A stretch of 10,706 nt of DNA from Campylobacterota bacterium (lineage in GTDB: Bacteria > Campylobacterota > Campylobacteria > Campylobacterales > Sulfurimonadaceae). Made by a program: the position numbers and the translations under genes. Location of the stretch: positions 1 to 10,706 of the forward strand of contig JAYEMF010000108.1 in the NCBI GenBank assembly GCA_034717975.1, written 5' to 3'. This document shows positions 1 through 7,588 of this stretch, one piece after another; position 1 is the stretch's first letter, and every line of letters begins with the position of its first letter. The notes below the pieces were generated by a model. That model searched no databases. It saw only the letters and a program-made list of their open reading frames with translations, and was not told the origin of the DNA.

Positions 1-60
1 TCCAGTTTTGTGGTCCGTGTCAAAAGTATCACTGATTACTGCTGCTCTTACCTCAACTAA
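1..60 (+). CDS. Possible 3' end of an unidentified upstream gene (partial; ...SSFVVRVKSITDYCCSYLN*)
   Basis: Frame 1 is open from base 1 to TAA at 58-60 and is followed immediately by a GC-rich hairpin and an AT-rich intergenic region. Too short to identify. Confidence 0.4.
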   Translation, partial: SSFVVRVKSITDYCCSYLN

Positions 61-61
61 C

Positions 62-92
62 TGACGGCTGATGCCGTCATCTCTCACTCTTT
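62..92 (+). terminator. Hairpin, likely intrinsic terminator of the upstream gene
   Basis: Perfect 7-bp stem TGACGGC (62-68) / GCCGTCA (73-79) with a 4-nt loop, followed by a pyrimidine-rich tail (TCTCTCACTCTTT) rather than a clean poly-T. Confidence 0.5.
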
Positions 93-202
93 ATATGATA
101 TAAGTATTTTTTATTAATTAACTACTCTAACTTTTCCATAAATCGCCAAGTAGTATTATAAGTTTAAGTATTATTTCATAATCTCTTCATGAGGAGAGAA
201 AG
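93..202 (+). promoter_or_regulatory. AT-rich promoter region and RBS of the napG operon
   Basis: Strongly AT-rich spacer with several TATAAT-like hexamers and AGGAG at 192-196 before ATG 203. The exact -10 element cannot be chosen from sequence alone. Confidence 0.5.
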
Positions 203-1015
203 ATGTATGAGACAGATAAGCCGGAAAGACGAAACTTTTTATTAAAGATGGTACACACCATTGGCTATGGAGCATTCGGGGCTATTGCCTGGGGTGCCTA
301 CCTGAGCCAGGCACAGGCAAAGCAGTTGATCCTGCGGCCGCCTGGTGCCCTGAATGAAAAAGAGTTTGTCTCCACCTGCATACGCTGCGGGATGTGCGTC
401 GAAGTCTGCCCATATGATGCACTGAAACTCTCTACCATCTCCGACCAGATCTCTATTGGCACCCCCTACTTTACCCCAAGGGAAGAGGCATGTCATATGT
501 GTCCTGATATCCCCTGTGCATCCACATGCCCTACCAGGTCGCTCGATCTAGACCTGTTACGCATTGACGATAAACTCCATATAGACAATGCAAAAATGGG
601 ACTGGCTACGATCAACACCAAGACCTGTCTTGCTCACCTGGGGCTTCAGTGCACCATGTGTATCCGTGCCTGCCCTCTGGCTGACAAAGCGATCGTCCTG
701 ACCAATGAGCGTAATCCCCGTACCGATATGCACGCTTTTTTAAAACCTGTGGTCGATCCCGACTACTGTACCGGATGCGGCATGTGTGAACGGGCCTGCC
801 CGACCAAAGTCGCCTCCATCTATGTTCTGCCGCTCTCTGTCTCTACCAGTGATGTAGGTGAACATTATATAGTCGGGTGGGAAGAGGAGGATGAGAAGCG
901 ACTCAAAGAGTGGACAAGCGATGTCATTCTGGATCGGACAGAACGCAACAAAAAAAGTGCCCTGGACAATGTCAATGATGTCGATGGCATCCTCAAAGGG
1001 ATCTATGATGAGTAG
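203..1015 (+). CDS. napG: NapG/MauM family ferredoxin-type protein (periplasmic Fe-S subunit of the NapGH quinol dehydrogenase)
   Basis: Tat motif ERRNFL, LRPPGA motif, and four Cys clusters (CIRCGMCVEVCP, CHMCPDIPCASTCP, CLAHLGLQCTMCIRACP, CTGCGMCERACP). C-terminal GEHYIVGWEEEDEKRL resembles Campylobacterota NapG. SD upstream. Confidence 0.92.
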   Translation: MYETDKPERRNFLLKMVHTIGYGAFGAIAWGAYLSQAQAKQLILRPPGALNEKEFVSTCIRCGMCVEVCPYDALKLSTISDQISIGTPYFTPREEACHMCPDIPCASTCPTRSLDLDLLRIDDKLHIDNAKMGLATINTKTCLAHLGLQCTMCIRACPLADKAIVLTNERNPRTDMHAFLKPVVDPDYCTGCGMCERACPTKVASIYVLPLSVSTSDVGEHYIVGWEEEDEKRLKEWTSDVILDRTERNKKSALDNVNDVDGILKGIYDE

Positions 1016-1835
1016 ATATCTTTACAAACACCGCTTTTCAATCGCACGAAGAGTCGTTCAAATCCTTTTATTAACCGCTTACTTCGGTGCCAATGCCTAT
1101 GGCTGGAAAGTTGTTATCGGCAACTTCAGCAGCGCACGCTATTTTGGCCTCATCCCGCTCTCCGACCCCTATGCCACTCTGCAGAGCTTTTTTGCCGGTG
1201 CCGTGATCGCTGCCGATGTTCTCGCAGGCGTTGCCGTTGTACTCTTCTTCTATGCCGTCATAGGCGGTCGATTTTTCTGTGCATGGGTATGTCCTGTCAA
1301 CATCATCACCGAAAGTGCCTCATGGCTTAGAGAACGGCTGCGTATCCCTGCCAAAAGCGATGCTCCCCTCCTGAGCCGTCATATCCGTTACTGGATCATC
1401 GCACTGAGCCTGTTCCTCTCCTACCTCTTCTCCGTCGCGGCCTTTGAGATGATCAGTCCCATCGCCATCACCCATCGGGGGATCATCTTCGGGTTTGGTT
1501 TCGGATGGGTATTTCTTGTCGCCATTTTTCTCTTCGATCTCTTCTCGCAAAAATACGGGTGGTGCGGGCATCTCTGCCCGCTTGGCGGGTTTAATGCCAT
1601 TGTCGGTAAATACAGCCTTATCAAGGTCGTCCACGATACCGACCGGTGTATCCATGCCGAGGCCTGCCTGAGAGCCTGTCCGGAGGTAGAGGTACTGGAT
1701 ATGATCGGCAAAGCCAGCCGGCCGGTTACCCAGATGGAGTGCATCAAGTGCGGACGCTGTGTAGAGGCGTGCGACAGCCACGCCCTAAAGTTTTCAATTG
1801 TCTCCATGACGAGACAGATACGAGGTGAACCATGA
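1008..1835 (+). CDS. napH: NapH/MauN family membrane-bound ferredoxin-type quinol dehydrogenase subunit
   Basis: Several hydrophobic segments, two CX3CP motifs (GGRFFCAWVCP, GWCGHLCP) and a C-terminal ferredoxin domain (CIHAEACLRACP, CIKCGRCVEAC). Start placed at ATG 1008 (AAAGGG upstream, 8-nt overlap with the napG stop) rather than 891; ATG 1005 is also possible. Confidence 0.92.
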   Translation: MSRYLYKHRFSIARRVVQILLLTAYFGANAYGWKVVIGNFSSARYFGLIPLSDPYATLQSFFAGAVIAADVLAGVAVVLFFYAVIGGRFFCAWVCPVNIITESASWLRERLRIPAKSDAPLLSRHIRYWIIALSLFLSYLFSVAAFEMISPIAITHRGIIFGFGFGWVFLVAIFLFDLFSQKYGWCGHLCPLGGFNAIVGKYSLIKVVHDTDRCIHAEACLRACPEVEVLDMIGKASRPVTQMECIKCGRCVEACDSHALKFSIVSMTRQIRGEP

Positions 1836-2779
1836 GACTCTGCTTCCTGATTGCCGTGATCTTTTTAGCCGTTAGCATGGCCAAAGAGATCACTCCCTAT
1901 CGCTACATCGAGGCAAGCCATCCCGTGACAGACTTCGTCAAAGCAGGCGACACCATAATCATCGGGACGGAAGAGGGAACGATCGACATCTATGATCTGA
2001 AAAGTGACAAACTGATCGACCAGATAATCCTCCCCAAAGTGAAAGATCTCTGGGGTGATGATATGCGCCCTCTGATTTTCAGTGTCGACTATCTGAATGG
2101 CAGACTACTTTTCGTGGCACGCATGTTCAGCGGCTGGAGGGAGTTCTACCTCTATGAAGATAAAAAGCTGACAAAACTGCTCGATGAGTCTCAAAAACTC
2201 AGTCTGCAGGAGGTGAAATTTGTCGATGCCGATACTGCCATCATCGGTATGATGAGTAACGAGCTGATGCTCTATGATCTGAAAGCGAGAAAGATCATCT
2301 ACCACAAGCAGCTCAATCAGGCCAGTCTTTCCGACATTGTTCTCGATGAAGAGAAAAACTTTCTCTTTACGGCAGACGAATCACCGCTGATCTATAAAAT
2401 TGATGTCAGAAGCGGCGAAATTCTGGAGAAATACAAAAAAGGCAACAAACGGGATATCTTCTCCATCGATTACAAAAACGGCATGCTTTTGAGCGGCGGG
2501 AAAGACAAGCGGGTCATCCTCTATAAAACACCCTCAGAATACACGATGACCAAAGGAGACTTTTTTATCTACAGTGTCGCCCTGAATCCCGATGCCACCC
2601 TGGCTGCATTCGTTAAAAACGAAGAGGATGATATCTCCATTGTCGGCACCGATAACCTTAAAGAGCGGTACCTTCTCAAAGAGCACAGACAGACCATCCT
2701 CAAAATAGAGTTTCAAACCAAAAATGAACTGATCACCGCCGATGAAGATAAAGCTTTGCGGTTTTGGAGATTAGACTAA
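1832..2779 (+). CDS. napL: Periplasmic WD40/beta-propeller protein, NapL-like
   Basis: Sec-type signal peptide (MRLCFLIAVIFLAVSMA) and WD40-like blades (IIIGTEEGTIDIYDL, LLSGGKDKRVILY, LITADEDKALRFWRL). ATGA overlap with napH; position in a napGH operon fits NapL. Confidence 0.72.
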   Translation: MRLCFLIAVIFLAVSMAKEITPYRYIEASHPVTDFVKAGDTIIIGTEEGTIDIYDLKSDKLIDQIILPKVKDLWGDDMRPLIFSVDYLNGRLLFVARMFSGWREFYLYEDKKLTKLLDESQKLSLQEVKFVDADTAIIGMMSNELMLYDLKARKIIYHKQLNQASLSDIVLDEEKNFLFTADESPLIYKIDVRSGEILEKYKKGNKRDIFSIDYKNGMLLSGGKDKRVILYKTPSEYTMTKGDFFIYSVALNPDATLAAFVKNEEDDISIVGTDNLKERYLLKEHRQTILKIEFQTKNELITADEDKALRFWRLD

Positions 2780-2788
2780 GGAGAAGAG

Positions 2789-3214
2789 ATGAACACACCC
2801 ATAAGAGCCATAACACTGATGTTGATTAGTACACTGCTTTGGGCTGCTCCCGAAGCGGACAAAGAGAAAACAGAGCTTAAAAAGGTGATGAAGTCGTTTG
2901 CTTCGGCACTCGAACTGATCCAGCACGGTATTTTGTACAATAAAACCGATGAAATGCATAAGGGTGCCCAACGTCTGAGGAACAGTGAACACAAATTTCT
3001 TCAGCGGCACGGCGATGCACTGGTGCGGCATATGCCTGACAATCCGGAGTTTGCACAAAGCTATGCCAAATCGACCGCTAAACGGATCCGAAACTATACC
3101 GACAGACTCAACTATCAGCTGGGAACGGCAAACGACTACAGCCAGATAGCGACTACCTATAACCACGTTTTGCAAGAGTGCGTAGGATGTCACCAGAAAA
3201 TTCGTCAGTGGTAG
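2789..3214 (+). CDS. Periplasmic monoheme cytochrome c, class II (cytochrome c'/c556-like four-helix bundle)
   Basis: AAGGAG SD, signal peptide, helical composition and a single C-terminal heme motif CVGCH (3179-3193) six residues from the end. Confidence 0.8.
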   Translation: MNTPIRAITLMLISTLLWAAPEADKEKTELKKVMKSFASALELIQHGILYNKTDEMHKGAQRLRNSEHKFLQRHGDALVRHMPDNPEFAQSYAKSTAKRIRNYTDRLNYQLGTANDYSQIATTYNHVLQECVGCHQKIRQW

Positions 3215-3261
3215 ATTAGGGAAAGTGGGAAGAGGTCGCTTCGCTAAGAGGGAATAGGTGC

Positions 3262-4377
3262 TTAAAATGTCACTTTGAAGTTCAGATAATAGGTCTGGCC
3301 AAGATCGCCGAACTCTGTACCGCTCTCTCCGGCGTAGAGCATTGCTCCTATGCCAAGTGTCATATCATCTGCCAGTGAGTAGTCGATAAAAGGCGAAAGG
3401 TAGAAACTCTCATCATCCATACTCACCATGCCAAAAAGCGATCCGTAGAGCAGTGCGTCAAACTCATACCCTGCACTTATTCCAAGATAATCATATGAAC
3501 CCATCAGGTTATCCCTCAGACCGGACTCCTCTCTTTGCGCAAGATCAAATGTTTTGGAGCTGTGAAGCCACTCACCTACTAACATAAGTGAGTTTTCAAA
3601 GGCATAGTCGGCACCGACGATCGCCTGGAAGAACTCCTCATTCAAGCCTTTGTCCTCAAACCAGCCGCCCTCAGACCTCACTTCGATACCACTCCCGAAG
3701 AGTTCGCCTTCAAGCTCATAGCCGATCATCGTAACATCATCGGCACTTACCACATCCAGACCGATATCGACTACTTCCAAGTACCCCTTCAGCCGTCCGG
3801 CATACTTGAAGCTGCTATCTTCTCTTTGTGCCGCGACGGCGGTTAGTTCACTCAACTGACTTGATGCATAGGTATAGGCCAGAGCAAAGACACCATAGAC
3901 CTCATCGGGTTCAAGCGCCAGCGGATTTTTGGGATTGAAAAGGTCCGTCGGATTCCAGATACGCCCCACTCCCATACTCACTTTTTGCAATCCAAGGGCG
4001 ATGCGATGCTTCTCGTCCACATACCCGCCATAAAGTCGGTAGAGCTGGGCATAATACTCCCCTTCACCATAATTATGTCTCTCGGTCTGGGTCTTGAACG
4101 GAGTATCGGTACTACTTGCGCTGAAGTAGCGGTACTCTGTACTCTGAATGTACCCACGCCCCAGATAGTTTTCCAGATCGCCGATCGCCGTAACAAACCA
4201 CGCACCCTCTTGCAGATGGTCAATGATCCTGAAACGGTTGTAGTTGACCAGAACCCGCTCACCGCTATCGATAAGTGCCCGAGAAAGTGTAAAGTTGCTG
4301 TTCTCGAAGGTGATCTCATGCTCAAGCGCCGAAACACTCATAGCAAAAAACACCCCGATCAACAGCGTGCGTATCAT
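3262..4377 (-). CDS. Putative outer-membrane beta-barrel protein associated with the ABC system
   Basis: Signal peptide (MIRTLLIGVFFAMSVSA), alternating aromatic/Gly beta-strand patterns, GVGRIWNPTDLFNP motif and C-terminal YYLNFKVTF typical of BAM substrates. ATGA overlap with the ATPase stop. Confidence 0.72.
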   Translation of the reverse strand: MIRTLLIGVFFAMSVSALEHEITFENSNFTLSRALIDSGERVLVNYNRFRIIDHLQEGAWFVTAIGDLENYLGRGYIQSTEYRYFSASSTDTPFKTQTERHNYGEGEYYAQLYRLYGGYVDEKHRIALGLQKVSMGVGRIWNPTDLFNPKNPLALEPDEVYGVFALAYTYASSQLSELTAVAAQREDSSFKYAGRLKGYLEVVDIGLDVVSADDVTMIGYELEGELFGSGIEVRSEGGWFEDKGLNEEFFQAIVGADYAFENSLMLVGEWLHSSKTFDLAQREESGLRDNLMGSYDYLGISAGYEFDALLYGSLFGMVSMDDESFYLSPFIDYSLADDMTLGIGAMLYAGESGTEFGDLGQTYYLNFKVTF

Positions 4378-5063
4378 GATCGTACCGTATCTTCGACAAT
4401 CTCACCGTCACGCAAAACGATGGAGCGGCGCGCCTTTTCGATGACCAGCGGGTCGTGGGAGGAGAAGATGATGGTCACCTTCTCCTCTTCGTTGAGACGG
4501 CGCATCAGCGCCATCAGCTTCTCACCGTTTGCCGTATCGAGATTGGCGGTGGGCTCATCGGCAAGAATGAGCTTGGGCTTGCTCGCTACCGCACGGGCCA
4601 CGGCGACACGCTGCTGCTGTCCGCCGCTGAGATGATCGGGGAGTTTGTTAAGGTAAGCATCGATATCAAGCTCTTTGGCCACCTCCATCACCCGGGCATC
4701 GCACTCGCTCTGCGGATAACCCGAGAGGCGCATGACATACTCGATGTTCTCTTTTACCGTCAGGACTGGAATAAGGTTGTACGCCTGAAAAACGAAACCG
4801 ATATGCTCGCGCCGAAAGAGCGCCAGGTCACTTTCGTCCAACGCGGTGATCTCAGTCCCCTCCAGATCGACTCTCCCCCCGCTTGGACTGTCGAGTCCAC
4901 CAATGATATTTAGCAGAGTCGTCTTACCACTGCCACTGGGACCGGAAATGACAATGAACTCCTCTTTGCCAATGGAGAGATCGACTCCTTTAAGAGCATT
5001 GCTTTCGCTTTCGCTCCCTTCGTTAAATACCTTTTTCAAGCCACTGATCGTTAAAAAATTCAT
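4374..5063 (-). CDS. ABC transporter ATP-binding protein (LolD/MacB-like)
   Basis: Walker A GPSGSGKT, Q-loop GFVFQAYNL, signature LSGGQQQRV, Walker B LILADEPT, H-loop SSHD. Start ATG 5063 has AAGGA about 8 nt upstream; the alternative is 5084. Confidence 0.93.
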   Translation of the reverse strand: MNFLTISGLKKVFNEGSESESNALKGVDLSIGKEEFIVISGPSGSGKTTLLNIIGGLDSPSGGRVDLEGTEITALDESDLALFRREHIGFVFQAYNLIPVLTVKENIEYVMRLSGYPQSECDARVMEVAKELDIDAYLNKLPDHLSGGQQQRVAVARAVASKPKLILADEPTANLDTANGEKLMALMRRLNEEEKVTIIFSSHDPLVIEKARRSIVLRDGEIVEDTVRS

Positions 5064-5097
5064 CTGAGGTTTCCTTATCTCCATTTTATCTATTTTA

Positions 5098-5134
5098 GAC
5101 CTGATTATTGTCTCCCCGGCACAATAATCAGGTC
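5098..5134. repeat. Perfect 14-bp inverted repeat overlapping the permease stop codon
   Basis: GACCTGATTATTGT (5098-5111), a 9-nt loop, then ACAATAATCAGGTC (5121-5134). Confidence 0.85.
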
Positions 5135-6354
5135 ATATCGTTTATGGATTGGATGGGATTGCGCTTTTTCAGGGTACGGATCGGGATGACCGTAGCTGCC
5201 AGCGTCGCCAGCAGTACGCTGATAAAAGAGCTGGTAAAATACTCCTGCTTGAGGATCGCGTGAATGCTCGAATCCATCCCGAAGATAGCGAAAGCATCGC
5301 TCAAACCGGAGAGGTCCAGCCCATACTCTCTGAAGTACCAGAGCAGGCCGCCGCCGACTACTGCCCCGACGATATAGCCGCTCATCGTGATGAGCAGGGA
5401 TTCGTAGATGATAAGGCGAGTGATATCCCGAAACTGCGTCCCGATGGCCATCATGATACCGAACTCCCGCACCCGCTCGAGCACCGAGACCAGTACCACG
5501 CCAAAGATACCCAGCGTTGCAACGATAAAGATAAAAGCGGAGCTGATCTTGTTATAAGTTTCCATGAACGCTTCGCTCTCGTAAAGCGTCGGATAGAGCT
5601 CCTTGTAACTATAGACAGCCAGGTTCCCGTCTTGCAGCTGCTTCTCGATGGCTTCTTTTATCGTAAAATCGGCATTTTGATCATCCAGCAATATTGCGAT
5701 CTCTGTCACGCCTTGGATACCCGTCAATGCACGCAACCGGTCTATATCCATCAGCAATCCACTGCCGTCTATCGCCATATTGTTCGTCTTGATAATGCCG
5801 CGTACTTTCAATGCGACGGAAACCACTTCGTTGTTCACATCCTGCATCGTGACAATCACTTTTTTACCGATCTCCACCTTGAGTTTTCGGGCCAAACGGT
5901 AGCCTATGACCGCCCCGCGCTTTTCAAAACTGTATTTACCTTTGATCATAAAGTTTGGCAAGCCGGCATGTTCTGCTTCGCGATCCTGCTCAACACCCAT
6001 TACACTCACCCCCTGTGAGTAGCCTGCCGTAGCAATAAGCCCACGCTGGCTGACCCGTGTCACATAACTGCTGATTCCCGCTTGTGCGTCAAGAAGCGGA
6101 ATGATCTGCTCAGGCGCATCGATATGGTACTTGATATTGTTGTCCGATCGAAACTCTTTGTGCTGAATCGAGACGGTCCCGCAGCCAGTTTTAATGGAAT
6201 TTTGGGTGATCTGAACCATCATCCCCTCATACATCCCCTCCATCAGCAGCAAGCCGATCAGCGAGAGACTGATCATCAGGGCGATCAGGACGGCACGTCC
6301 CTTGCGACGGACAATATGCAACAGTGCCATTTTGAAATAGAGCATCTCAGACAT
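5128..6354 (-). CDS. ABC transporter permease, FtsX/MacB/LolE-like (type VII)
   Basis: One N-terminal TM helix, a large periplasmic domain (AVIGYRLARKLKVEIG), SVLERVREFGIMMAIG motif and three C-terminal TM helices. 8-nt overlap with the upstream permease. Confidence 0.9.
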   Translation of the reverse strand: MSEMLYFKMALLHIVRRKGRAVLIALMISLSLIGLLLMEGMYEGMMVQITQNSIKTGCGTVSIQHKEFRSDNNIKYHIDAPEQIIPLLDAQAGISSYVTRVSQRGLIATAGYSQGVSVMGVEQDREAEHAGLPNFMIKGKYSFEKRGAVIGYRLARKLKVEIGKKVIVTMQDVNNEVVSVALKVRGIIKTNNMAIDGSGLLMDIDRLRALTGIQGVTEIAILLDDQNADFTIKEAIEKQLQDGNLAVYSYKELYPTLYESEAFMETYNKISSAFIFIVATLGIFGVVLVSVLERVREFGIMMAIGTQFRDITRLIIYESLLITMSGYIVGAVVGGGLLWYFREYGLDLSGLSDAFAIFGMDSSIHAILKQEYFTSSFISVLLATLAATVIPIRTLKKRNPIQSINDMT

Positions 6355-7588
6355 AACGTATCGCCTCCGTCGGGGTAAAGCGGTTGATCATCACAATAGG
6401 ATAGATCACCGTGAGCAGATTAAGCAGGAGCATCAACAGCATCTCAGCCATGATCTTGGAGGGATTGTACTCCGTAGGGATCGTCATATCGGCAACCATG
6501 TTGTACTGCTTGTAATACTCCTCGACATCCATATCTACCATCGAGCTGAACTCGATGGGGTGCTTCTCATAATAATCACTTGCATAAGCGCCTGCTGCTC
6601 CGCCGACACCGACACTGAGTATTCCGAGGATGAACGCCTCGATGAGCAGCAGCCCCATCACCTGAGACGGTGTCGTCCCGATGGCACGCAGCACCCCGAT
6701 CTGTCGGATGCGGGCATAGACGGAGAGGAAAGCGAAGATGGCAATGACGAAGAAGATAACTATAAAGAAGATTCCCAGGGTGATGTAGCCGAAGATCTCG
6801 TCGATCTCCATCGCCAGAATGAGGTCTTCAAGGGTCTCTTTGTAGTTTTTCACATCCAGAGCTTCACCTACTGCTTTTTGCACATCAGCGGTCACGGCAT
6901 CGATCATTTCAACGTCGACCGGTGATATGATGATATGTGTCGCAATATTCTTACTCTCCATCACCGTGTCGAAGTAGGCCTTATTCACAAAGGCCGAACC
7001 GTTATCGAACTCATATAGCTTCGTTTTAAAGAGCCCCTTGATGAGAAGGTTGTCTGCCGCGAAGGAGTAGTCCGCTCCCGTAGAGATAAACGAGAGTCTG
7101 TCGCCTACTCCCAGCTTCAAACGCTTGGCCAGTTCGACCCCGAGGTAGAGGGCGTTTGTGTCATCACTGTTTAGGTACTCCCCTTCGACCAGTGAGCTTT
7201 TCAGCCGCGACACCTCCGCTTCGTTCTCCGGTTCGATGGCGGTGAACATCCCGCCGATGGACTGTTTATCACTCACATAGAGAGCAAAGGCTTCAAACCG
7301 TACTGCATGCGCCTTGATCCCTTCAACGTTCTCAAGTGCCTCTCTTGCCGTCGCGACATCGAAGATCAGGCTCTCAAAGCTCGGTTCATCTTCAAACTCA
7401 CGGTTCGTTACCTCCATATAGCCGGGATAGATCTCGACGCTGGAGCGGATAAGCTGGTTGTGACTGCCGTCACTGATGGCGTTGGCAAAGATAAAGAGCA
7501 GTGTAGAGAAGGCACTGAGCAAAAAGGTAACGATGGAGCGTTTTTTGTGGGTGAATAACTGCCGAAGCGCCATCTTGACGAGTATCAT
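6347..7588 (-). CDS. ABC transporter permease, FtsX/MacB/LolC-like (type VII)
   Basis: Same architecture: LGVELAKRLKLGVGD, SVYARIRQIGVLRAIG and C-terminal PTEAIR. ATGA overlap with the upstream gene. Confidence 0.9.
   Translation of the reverse strand: MILVKMALRQLFTHKKRSIVTFLLSAFSTLLFIFANAISDGSHNQLIRSSVEIYPGYMEVTNREFEDEPSFESLIFDVATAREALENVEGIKAHAVRFEAFALYVSDKQSIGGMFTAIEPENEAEVSRLKSSLVEGEYLNSDDTNALYLGVELAKRLKLGVGDRLSFISTGADYSFAADNLLIKGLFKTKLYEFDNGSAFVNKAYFDTVMESKNIATHIIISPVDVEMIDAVTADVQKAVGEALDVKNYKETLEDLILAMEIDEIFGYITLGIFFIVIFFVIAIFAFLSVYARIRQIGVLRAIGTTPSQVMGLLLIEAFILGILSVGVGGAAGAYASDYYEKHPIEFSSMVDMDVEEYYKQYNMVADMTIPTEYNPSKIMAEMLLMLLLNLLTVIYPIVMINRFTPTEAIRYV

Noticed and set aside
189..245. 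Short out-of-frame ORF (MRRERCMRQISRKDETFY) overlapping the napG start
   Set aside because: No SD upstream; its ATG is simply adjacent to the napG SD. No support for a leader peptide.
891..1007. N-terminal extension of napH in the ORF track
   Set aside because: Lies inside napG; the NapH-like sequence and SD fit a start at 1005/1008.
1320..1828. Alternative ORFs 1320-1781(-), 1421-1807(-) and 1646-1828(+), and similarly 242-496(-)
   Set aside because: Shadow frames of well-supported napH/napG with no recognisable motifs.
2105..3193. Antisense ORFs 2105-2305, 2534-2716, 2771-3193 and 2776-2994
   Set aside because: Opposite the WD40 and cytochrome c genes, which have SDs, signal peptides and motifs.
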